A stretch of 21,360 bases of DNA from assembly GCA_043806595.1 (NCBI GenBank), contig JAZDGU010000058.1:1-21360 (forward strand), written 5' to 3'. The translations under genes and the position numbers were made by a program. The stretch comes from Candidatus Micrarchaeota archaeon (GTDB lineage: Archaea > Micrarchaeota > Micrarchaeia > Norongarragalinales > SBBD01). The notes under the pieces are model-generated. The model ran no database searches, had not been told where the DNA came from, and saw only the letters and a program-made list of their open reading frames with translations. Of the stretch, positions 14,519 to 21,360 are shown in pieces (the first letter of the stretch is position 1; every line of letters starts with the position of its first letter).

Positions 14519-15574
14519 ATGAAGGTCGCGTGGTTCTCGGACACGTTCGAGCAGAACAACGGAGTGGCGACGTACCTCCAGGAGACCCTGCCCGTGCTTT
14601 CAAAGAAAATCAACGTCACCCTCTACACCGGACGGGTCACGAAGGAATACCCCTTCCCCACGGTCTCCCTCAACTACGTCGAGGACCCGCTGCTGCCGAG
14701 CTACGACGTCGTCGTCCCGCCCGTCAAGCCCGTGAAGTGCGACGTCGCGCACGCGCACTCGCAGTACTCCCTCGGCGTTTTCGCCTCCCAGTTCAAGGTC
14801 CCGAAGGTGGTGACCGCGCACTTCGTCGCAGGGCACTTCCTCGAGTTCTTCTTCAAGTCCGCGCCCGTGCCCAAGTTCCTCGAGGACGCGGTCTGGGCGT
14901 ACGAGATCTGGCTGCTCAACAGCTTCGACCGCGTCGTCTGCCAGACAGCAGCGGGCAAGGACATGTTCCGCAAACTCGGGCTCAAGCGGAAGGTGGAGGT
15001 CATCGCCAACGGAATAAACCTCGACAACTACCCGAGCGCGGACGGCTCGCGCTTCCGCAGGAAATACGGCATAGCCGAGCCTTTCGCGCTGTTCATCGGC
15101 CGCCTTGACGCGAGCAAGCAGCCGCACTGGGTCGTCGAGGTCGCCAGAAGGCTTCCGCAGATGCAGTTCATCATCAGCGGCGCGGGCACGCTCGAGGCCG
15201 AGCTGAGGAAGGGCGCGCCTCCTAACGTCCTCTTCTACGGGAGGCTGCCGCGGCAAGACCTGCTGGACTGCTACAATGCCGCGTTCGCCCTGCTTATGCC
15301 GTCGCTCGTGGAGACCGAGGGGCTGGTGGCGCAGGAGGCCATGGCGTGCGGCACGCCCGTGCTCATCAGCGACCTTGACATCCTGAAGGAGGTCGTCGGC
15401 AGCGGAGGAATCGCGTGCAGCAACTCGCTTGACATGTACGACAAGCTGAAGACGCTGCTGGACAACCCCGAACGGCAGAAGGAGCTTTCCGCGAAGGCCG
15501 TCGAGGAGGTCGCCAAGCGCGACATAAACATCTCCGTCCGGAAGCTCGTATCCCTCTACGAGTCCCTTCTTTGA
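14519..15574 (+). CDS. Glycosyltransferase family 4 (GT-B)
   Basis: MKVAWFSDTF...NGV, HAHS, IANGI, FIGRLD..K, PSLVETEGLVAQEAMACGTPV (ExxxxxxxE). TTTTAA at 14490-14495 suggests a leaderless transcript. Confidence 0.95.
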   Translation: MKVAWFSDTFEQNNGVATYLQETLPVLSKKINVTLYTGRVTKEYPFPTVSLNYVEDPLLPSYDVVVPPVKPVKCDVAHAHSQYSLGVFASQFKVPKVVTAHFVAGHFLEFFFKSAPVPKFLEDAVWAYEIWLLNSFDRVVCQTAAGKDMFRKLGLKRKVEVIANGINLDNYPSADGSRFRRKYGIAEPFALFIGRLDASKQPHWVVEVARRLPQMQFIISGAGTLEAELRKGAPPNVLFYGRLPRQDLLDCYNAAFALLMPSLVETEGLVAQEAMACGTPVLISDLDILKEVVGSGGIACSNSLDMYDKLKTLLDNPERQKELSAKAVEEVAKRDINISVRKLVSLYESLL

Positions 15575-15595
15575 ATGTGACGCGGTGAAAATGCG

Positions 15596-15916
15596 GTGTA
15601 TGCGAAGGTGCACGAGCGCACGATAATGGAGTCCGGGCGGCCCGTCGTGCGCAGGATAGTCGCGGCGTGCGACGCAGACCTCCTCGGCAGGGTGTTTTCG
15701 GAAGCCGGCATGATACTCGACCTGAAAAAATACCGTTCTTTTTACGAGGGGGACAAGGTCACCGCCGGGGAGCTTGCCGTGCTGCTGGAGGGCGCGAAGA
15801 ACGTCAACCTCGTCGGCAGGAAAACCATCGCCGCCGCCTCGGATTGTATGAAAATAACCCCCGCCGGCTTAAAGAAAATCAGGGGCGTCCCCCACCTGCA
15901 GATATATTTCGTATAG
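15596..15916 (+). CDS. DUF424 family protein
   Basis: MY.KVH, IVAACDADLLG, FY.G, A.NVNLVG, I.GVPHLQI. GTG start with GGTGA SD. Confidence 0.88.
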   Translation: MYAKVHERTIMESGRPVVRRIVAACDADLLGRVFSEAGMILDLKKYRSFYEGDKVTAGELAVLLEGAKNVNLVGRKTIAAASDCMKITPAGLKKIRGVPHLQIYFV

Positions 15917-15929
15917 GCGAACCCCGCAA

Positions 15930-16622
15930 TTGCCAAATTCCGTCGTTGAGATAGTCTGCAGGCTCAAATCCATGCGCAACCCAAAGAACGTCGCGGGCAT
16001 GGCGCGCTTCGGCATCAACCCCGAAAACACACTCGGAGTGAGCATTCCCGTCCTGCGAAGGATGGCCGCGGAAATCGGAAAGAACCATGCGCTCGCGCTC
16101 GAGCTCTGGGATTCCGGCATCCACGAGGCCAGGCTTCTCGCCGGCTTCATCGACGACCCCGCGCAGGTCGGCGGGGCGCAGATGGAAGAGTGGGCCGCGG
16201 AGTTCGACTCCTGGGACGTCTGCGACCAGGTCTGCAGCAGCCTCTTCGACCGCACGCCACTGGCGTATCACAAGGCCCTCGAGTGGAGCGCGAGGAAGGA
16301 GGAGTTCGTCAAGCGCGCGGGGTTCGTGCTCATGGCAGCTCTCGCGGTGCACGACAAGAAGGCAGGGGACGCGAAATTCATGCCGTTCTTCCCCATCATT
16401 GTCAGGGAGTCGTGCGACGGCAGGAACTTCGTGAAGAAGGCGGTGAACTGGGCGCTTAGGCAGATTGGCAAGAGCCGGAATATGCGGTTGAACCGGGCCG
16501 CAATCGCCGCCGCCAGAAAGATTGCTGCCATTGATTCCCCCTCGGCGAAGTGGATCGCCTCGGACGCCTTGAGGGAGCTTTCGAGCCCTTCGGTCAGGAA
16601 ACGCCTTGCAGTCCGGCGCTAG
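15930..16622 (+). CDS. alkD: DNA alkylation repair protein (AlkD-like HEAT-repeat glycosylase)
   Basis: LGVSIPVLR, LALELW.SG..EARLLA, FDSWDVCD, D.RNFVKKAVNWALRQIGK, WIASDALREL. Start codon uncertain (TTG). Confidence 0.9.
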   Translation: MPNSVVEIVCRLKSMRNPKNVAGMARFGINPENTLGVSIPVLRRMAAEIGKNHALALELWDSGIHEARLLAGFIDDPAQVGGAQMEEWAAEFDSWDVCDQVCSSLFDRTPLAYHKALEWSARKEEFVKRAGFVLMAALAVHDKKAGDAKFMPFFPIIVRESCDGRNFVKKAVNWALRQIGKSRNMRLNRAAIAAARKIAAIDSPSAKWIASDALRELSSPSVRKRLAVRR

Positions 16623-17419
16623 CCTCCGGCGGGCCTCTTGAAGAATCGGATGCCCCGCAGGATGTTCGCGAGGTAGAATATCGGCTGGGGCTCAGCGAAA
16701 TCGATTACGGCCCCGACGGGCTCCAGGCGGTTCCCTTCGAGGTGAACGTAGTGCCTCGTCTTCTCGGTGTCCGAGTGCGAGTATTTCCGGAAGGCGCGCA
16801 CTCCCCCTGCCAACTTCACGGCGCGCAGTTCCCCGTCGTGCCCGTATAGCGTGCGGGCCTCGGCCTTGGTTGGCCAGCTCTCCTCGGATGCGCCCCTGCC
16901 GTGCGGCAGCGTGACATAGACGCGCGCTATCTTCCAGTCCCCCAGCTCGTGGCGCATCAGCCGCAGGATTCCTTGCCTGACCCGCGCCATCCTCTCCCCC
17001 CACTCCCTCCTCGCGGCGTTTGTGGACCGGGGGTCGCTCACGTGCCTGAGGGGGAGCCGCAGGATTTCCCTCCTCCTCGAAGCCGCCCAAGTGCCGAAAG
17101 ATATTCCGACGGCGAAGTGCGTTTTATTCCCTATCACTTCCTGCCTGCCGTTCTCGTCCGTGAAGACCAGCCCGGTGGCGAGCGGGTGTGAGGAGAAGTC
17201 GTCCATGCTGGAAACGAACCTGCCATCGTACCTGCCGAGGATGTTGCGCAGTAGCCCGTAGGCGCTCTCCTCGTGCAACGGGTCCGCGGTCGCGCGCGGT
17301 ATCGCCGCGAAGGCGTGCTGCTCGCCTATGGAGAACCCCGCCCTCTCGCCTTCCTCGTTCTCGACCACGACCGTCGAATAGAGGGGGTGGTGGAGGGGCA
17401 TTTTGCGGGGGTTTGGCAT
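16619..17419 (-). CDS. Hypothetical protein (orphan)
   Basis: 266 aa ORF whose ATG abuts the JAMM stop (TGA-ATG). No family recognised. Confidence 0.65.
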   Translation of the reverse strand: MPNPRKMPLHHPLYSTVVVENEEGERAGFSIGEQHAFAAIPRATADPLHEESAYGLLRNILGRYDGRFVSSMDDFSSHPLATGLVFTDENGRQEVIGNKTHFAVGISFGTWAASRRREILRLPLRHVSDPRSTNAARREWGERMARVRQGILRLMRHELGDWKIARVYVTLPHGRGASEESWPTKAEARTLYGHDGELRAVKLAGGVRAFRKYSHSDTEKTRHYVHLEGNRLEPVGAVIDFAEPQPIFYLANILRGIRFFKRPAGG

Positions 17420-17782
17420 TCAGTCTACCTCGATCTGCTGCGGCTTTCCCGACGCGTCGTAGCATGCGACGTCCCTCATGCCGTAGGGCGCGCCGGCGAT
17501 GAAATGCCATTTCCCGCGCCACGCGAAGAACTTAAGGTCCGCGCGCGAGGGCAGCAGCACGCCGTTCGGGTGGGAATGGATGCTTGCGGCGAGCGACGGG
17601 TCGGTCGGCAGGTGGAGGTCCGAGAAGGACGAGTGCGCCCTCCCGTATTCCGCGAGCGGCGCGACGATGAGCTCCTCGAGCACCCCTGCGTTTTCCCGGA
17701 AAAGGCCGATGAACTCGTACGGGTGCACGTTCCTGCAGGCGAGCAGCGCGCTCTCGAGCGCCGCGGAGCGGATTTTGACCAT
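17420..17782 (-). CDS. JAMM/MPN+ (Mov34) metalloprotease
   Basis: HPYEFIGLF (catalytic Glu) and SIHSHPNG..LPSRADL (HxH-x7-S-x2-D). Confidence 0.93.
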   Translation of the reverse strand: MVKIRSAALESALLACRNVHPYEFIGLFRENAGVLEELIVAPLAEYGRAHSSFSDLHLPTDPSLAASIHSHPNGVLLPSRADLKFFAWRGKWHFIAGAPYGMRDVACYDASGKPQQIEVD

Positions 17783-17826
17783 CTGCGGTTCAACACGATT
17801 ATTAAGCGGTAGGCGATAATTCTTTC

Positions 17827-18801
17827 ATGCGCCGGCTGGATTTTAACGGTTTGGTTGCCGAGCTCCGCGGGCTCAAGGGCCGCACGGTCGTAACCGGCCA
17901 CTCGCTGGAGGACGTGGACGCGCTGGCCTCGAGCGTCGTGCTCGCCGAGCTGCTCGGCGCCGACGTCCGCGTCATCGACCGCGAGAACGCGCAGGCCAAG
18001 AGGGTGTCAGCAAGGCTCGGCGTTTCGGTCGAGCCGTTCGGCGGCGACTTGCAGGGGCTCAACCGCTGGGATTGCATTGTCATGGTCGACGTGAGCAACT
18101 CGCAGATGCTGGGCGTCCTCGCGCCGGCGCTGGAGTCCTTCCCCGGCTCCCTGCTGGCAATAGACCACCATTCCCACAACAACCCTCTCGAATGCCCGCA
18201 CTACGTCGACGACTCAAGGACGAGCTGCTCCGAGATCGTGCTCGACGTCGCCGACGCACTCGGGAGGACGCCGACGGAGAGGCAGGCGAGCCTTCTCGCC
18301 CTCGGCGTCGTCTCCGACACCGCGCTCCTCAAGAGCGCCACGAGCCGCACCATAGAGTCCCTCTCGATTCTGCTGGGGATTACTCCCCTCGATTTCCGGG
18401 AGATGCTCCCGATTTTGGACGTCGAGGACGGCGCCTTCGAGCGCGTCCAGTCCATAGCGGCATTGCAGGACGCCGTCGTCGAGCGCAGGGGCGACGCCGT
18501 GCTCGCATATTCTTCCGTGCGCACGCACGAGCACCATGCCGCGGAGTCGCTGGTATCCCTCGGCGCCGACGTGGCCGTCGCCCTCAACACCGCGAGCGGC
18601 AAGATGTCGTTCATGCGCAACCGCAACCCCGCCGTCGCTGCGATAAACTGCGGCAAAATCGCGACGCAGGTCGCGAGCGAGTTCGGGGGCAGCGGCGGCG
18701 GCCACGAGCTCGTCGCCGGCCTCGCCATCCCGCGCGAGAGCGCCGGGCGCGCAGCGGAAACGCTCCTGGCAAAGGCTAAACTACTCGTTCCGGCACAATA
18801 A
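17827..18801 (+). CDS. DHH/DHHA1 family phosphoesterase (NrnA/RecJ superfamily)
   Basis: GH...DVDALAS (motif I), VMVD (II), IDHH (III), GVVSDT (IV), C-terminal GGSGGGH..VAG. TTATTAA at 17799-17805. Confidence 0.92.
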   Translation: MRRLDFNGLVAELRGLKGRTVVTGHSLEDVDALASSVVLAELLGADVRVIDRENAQAKRVSARLGVSVEPFGGDLQGLNRWDCIVMVDVSNSQMLGVLAPALESFPGSLLAIDHHSHNNPLECPHYVDDSRTSCSEIVLDVADALGRTPTERQASLLALGVVSDTALLKSATSRTIESLSILLGITPLDFREMLPILDVEDGAFERVQSIAALQDAVVERRGDAVLAYSSVRTHEHHAAESLVSLGADVAVALNTASGKMSFMRNRNPAVAAINCGKIATQVASEFGGSGGGHELVAGLAIPRESAGRAAETLLAKAKLLVPAQ

Positions 18802-18822
18802 ACCCGGGGGAGGTGCATAGCC

Positions 18823-19296
18823 ATGGCGGAAAATGTCGGAGAAAAGAAGCAATACTCGAAGAAGCTCGTGTTCTACAAGGCCACGAAGTCGTTGAGCGGC
18901 TCGGCAGTGCAGTTCGACTTGAACGCGCAAAAGGAAGCGGTCTTCCTCGAGCTTTCTAGGCAGAAAGGCGAGCGCGAGTTCGACTGGCAGAACAAGCTGT
19001 CCTTCAAGCTCGCCGCGGCGGACATCGGCAAGCTGCTGCTCGTGCTCAAGCGCCGCGTTCCCTCGATCGAGCTGTTCCACGACCCGGGCAAGGGCGGCTA
19101 TTCGCTTGGCGAAATCGCCCGCAACAACACCCTGTCGTTCTCCAGGGACGACAAGTCCGGCAGGTTCTCGATCCGCGTCGGCCAGCAGGCCGCCGACGGC
19201 TCTGTGAACTCCATCAGCGCGTTCCTTTCAGAGGACGAGGCGCTGCTTCTCGAGCTCATGCTCGGGCGCGCGCTGGAGAGAATCTACGGCTGGTAG
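18823..19296 (+). CDS. Whirly-like (tandem PC4-fold) single-stranded nucleic-acid-binding protein
   Basis: FYK...SA, GEREFDWQNK, FKL...DIGKLL, ELFHDPGKG, LS..E..LL...L..AL..IYGW are collinear with recalled plant Whirly motifs. Strong SD GGAGGTG at 18809-18815. Confidence 0.75.
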   Translation: MAENVGEKKQYSKKLVFYKATKSLSGSAVQFDLNAQKEAVFLELSRQKGEREFDWQNKLSFKLAAADIGKLLLVLKRRVPSIELFHDPGKGGYSLGEIARNNTLSFSRDDKSGRFSIRVGQQAADGSVNSISAFLSEDEALLLELMLGRALERIYGW

Positions 19297-19311
19297 GCAC
19301 CGGCGTGGCGC

Positions 19312-19689
19312 CTAGTGGCTCCTGCCGTGCCAGTAGTCGTACGTGCCCTGGTCGGCCAGCCTCGGCTGCTGCACCGGGAACTCTATGGCCCGCAGGTGCG
19401 CATGCCGTTCGTGGACCGGAACCCCGTTGATTCCCGCCAGCTCGCCTGCCATCCTCTGGATTTCTGTGCGCGCGTCGTTGCGGTGCGGTACCGGAGCGGC
19501 CTTGGCAATCGCGTCAACCTCGAGTACGTACAATACCATGAATGCGAAGCAGGCCCCGAGTACGGGGATGACCGTAAGGATCCTGACGTTCTCGTCCGGC
19601 TGCACTATCATGCTCCCGATCAGCATGAACATGACTAGTGCCGCAAGCATGTGCGGACGGATTGCGTGTAGTGCCGTGGCTGCGCTCAT
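19312..19689 (-). CDS. Small hypothetical membrane protein (2 TM helices)
   Basis: Two hydrophobic segments (MLAALVMFMLIGSMIV, ILTVIPVLGACFAFMVLYVL). GGAGG SD upstream. Confidence 0.6.
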   Translation of the reverse strand: MSAATALHAIRPHMLAALVMFMLIGSMIVQPDENVRILTVIPVLGACFAFMVLYVLEVDAIAKAAPVPHRNDARTEIQRMAGELAGINGVPVHERHAHLRAIEFPVQQPRLADQGTYDYWHGRSH

Positions 19690-19886
19690 TTGGTTTTTCC
19701 CCTCCTGCCTTCCTTGAAAACGGCCGTATGCGCGCTGGTGAGGCGCTGCAATGACTGTCGGCGCTCGGCTTTTATGCCCTCCGCAAGGACTCTCCTTACT
19801 CGGGGAAGCCGGATCCGGAAAAGGTATTTAAATGCGCGCGGATTTGTATGGCGTTCCATCCTATAGGCCCGGGGTTCGTTCCGCGA

Positions 19887-20885
19887 ATGCAGGAGTATCG
19901 CAAGGTTCAGCGTACGGGAGAGTCGTCCCTAGCCCTTTCCTTGCCCAAGAAGTGGGCCGGCCGTTACAAGGTGGTCCCGGGCTCGCTTCTTGCGCTCGCG
20001 GAGAACGCCGACGGGACCCTCACTGTCTCCGCGGGGCGCGCGCGGCCGCGCAAGCCAGCCCGCTTTGACGTCGGCGGCTTCCCATCCGTCGCTGAGATGC
20101 AGCGCGCCTTCATTGCCAAGTACCTTGCGGGTTTTTCCGTGTTCGAGTTCGAATCGGAAGGCAGGATGGCCGCCGCGGCGCACTCGGCCATTGCGAGGGA
20201 GACCAAGCGCCTCATCGGCCTCGAGATTGTCGAGGAGCAGGCGGACCGGATGGTCGTGCAGGACTTCTTCTCCGCGGACGGCATGAGCGTCGAGCGGGGG
20301 CTTCGGCGGGCCCATTCGATTGCCTGCATGATGCAGGAGGCTCTCTCGGCATCCCTCATCGGCGGCGACGCCGCCGCGCTCAAGGCCGCGGCCACGCGCG
20401 ACTCAGAGATAGACCGCATCCGGTTTCTCATCCTGCGGCAGGTAGGCATCGCGATTTGCGATTCCCAGCTGATGCGCGCCCTGGCGCTTTCCCCGCTCGA
20501 CTGCCTCTTCTATGCGGACGCGGTGACGAGCGTCGAGCGCATAGGCGACGACATCGTGAGCGCCTCGAGGAACGCCGACGATGCGCTTGCCGGAGGAAAG
20601 TTCGGGGGCGAGGTCGCAGAGTTCAACGATTTCGCCTACAGCCTGCAGGTGCTCGCCCTCAAGTCATTCTTCTGCAGGAGTTCGCAGGACGCCAACGCCG
20701 TTCTCCAGCTGCACTCGACGCTGCTCGAGTCGCGCGCGGCGCTGGAGAAGGAGCTGGCCGAAAGGAGCGCGCCATTCCAGCTCGGGCTGGTCGTTGACTC
20801 CATCGCTCTCATCGGCAACCGGGGCAGGCACATCGCCCAGGCGGCAATCAACCGCAGCCTGCAGGACGCGCCCGACGGGACCTAG
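19887..20885 (+). CDS. phoU: Archaeal phosphate uptake regulator (AbrB N-domain plus PhoU repeats)
   Basis: RKVQRTG.SS...SLPKKWA, Y..GF, LIGLEIVE, D.EIDR..FLILRQ, ERIGD. Start set at ATG 19887. GAAAAGGTATTTAAA promoter at about 19818-19832. Confidence 0.9.
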   Translation: MQEYRKVQRTGESSLALSLPKKWAGRYKVVPGSLLALAENADGTLTVSAGRARPRKPARFDVGGFPSVAEMQRAFIAKYLAGFSVFEFESEGRMAAAAHSAIARETKRLIGLEIVEEQADRMVVQDFFSADGMSVERGLRRAHSIACMMQEALSASLIGGDAAALKAAATRDSEIDRIRFLILRQVGIAICDSQLMRALALSPLDCLFYADAVTSVERIGDDIVSASRNADDALAGGKFGGEVAEFNDFAYSLQVLALKSFFCRSSQDANAVLQLHSTLLESRAALEKELAERSAPFQLGLVVDSIALIGNRGRHIAQAAINRSLQDAPDGT

Positions 20886-21175
20886 GCCGCTGGCTCCTGC
20901 GCCCCCGCCTGCTTTTGCGCATCCGCCGCCGCCCTCCTTCTCGCCGAATCCGCCTCGAGGGCCTCGAACGCGTAGCCCTGCAGCGCCGCGGCGACCTTGA
21001 GCGCGTCCCCTGGCTTGCAGTACGCCGCTGCGGTGGTCTCGTCGTCCCTGCGTATCCTCAAGGATATGCTGGAGGGCAGCCATTTGCCGTCCTTCTCGCT
21101 CCCGTCCCACAGGCTGACGTCCAGCCCCGCCTTTGCGCCCGGCAGGCTGAAGTACAGCGATTTCCTAGGCCTCAT
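20882..21175 (-). CDS. Small hypothetical protein, possible single PC4-like (beta4-alpha) domain
   Basis: MRPRKSLYFSLPGAKAGLDVSLWDGSEKDGKWLPSSISLRIRRDDETTAAAYCKPGDALKVAAALQGYAFEAL... ATG 21175 follows a GGGGTGA SD (21187-21181). Confidence 0.6.
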   Translation of the reverse strand: MRPRKSLYFSLPGAKAGLDVSLWDGSEKDGKWLPSSISLRIRRDDETTAAAYCKPGDALKVAAALQGYAFEALEADSARRRAAADAQKQAGAQEPAA

Positions 21176-21221
21176 GCATCTCACCCCTCGGACTCTCCGC
21201 TGGGCCTCCATGCGAAAAAAC

Positions 21222-21360
21222 GGTGTTGTCTGACTTAACATAGCCTTATATACTAGTTTGTTGTTCTTGGTGCGGTGATGAAATGGCCCGTCCAAGAACC
21301 CGCATTGATGCCGTCTGCCAAAACAAAACCTGCCGCTACTATCAGAAAACGAAAGGCAAG
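21222..21360 (+). mobile_element. Probable left end of an IS1-family-like element (truncated by the window)
   Basis: GGTGTTGTCTGACTTAA resembles IS1-family GGT-starting terminal IRs and follows an A-run. GC content drops from here, and an InsA-like Zn-finger ORF follows. The right IR is not visible. Confidence 0.5.
21283..21360 (+). CDS. N-terminus of an IS1-like transposase/InsA zinc-finger protein (partial)
   Basis: MARPRTRIDAVCQNKTCRYYQKTKGK... has the C.N..C.YY....GK pattern of archaeal IS1-family N-termini. GGTGA SD at 21274-21278, TTATATA at 21246-21252. Confidence 0.6.
   Translation, partial: MARPRTRIDAVCQNKTCRYYQKTKGK

Noticed and set aside
19866..19886. GGCCCGGGGTTCGTTCCGCG resembling a tRNA T-arm
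   Set aside because: The T-loop consensus (GTTCRANYC) is not met, and no acceptor, D or anticodon arms can be built.
21176..21295. 40-aa N-terminal extension of the 20882..21295 ORF
   Set aside because: It runs through the putative IS end and promoter. The SD supports ATG 21175.

Overview
GC-rich archaeal chromosomal window, probably DPANN/Micrarchaeota-like. This is inferred from the gene set, divergent ribosomal proteins, TATA/BRE promoters and GGTGA-type Shine-Dalgarno sites. It holds two housekeeping clusters: rpl30e-nusA-rps12-rps7, and gins51-rpl44e-rps27e-aIF2alpha-nop10-PAC2, the latter interrupted by an AT-rich wHTH + RelE-like pair. It also encodes two stomatin/SPFH paralogues, a stand-alone Hps-like TIM barrel, archease-Bud32, Hjc, an FKBP PPIase, a surface glycoprotein, a membrane-anchored S16 (Lon-like) protease, a GT4 glycosyltransferase, DUF424, AlkD, a JAMM protease, a DHH phosphoesterase, an AbrB-PhoU regulator and the probable left end of an IS1-like element. 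The standout is 18823..19296, which aligns by eye along its whole length with the plant Whirly ssDNA-binding domain (FDW, FHDPxKG, terminal GW). It lies directly behind the DHH gene and about 1.6 kb from a second, single-repeat PC4-like ORF. All homology calls come from motif recognition and recalled family sequences; no searches were run.
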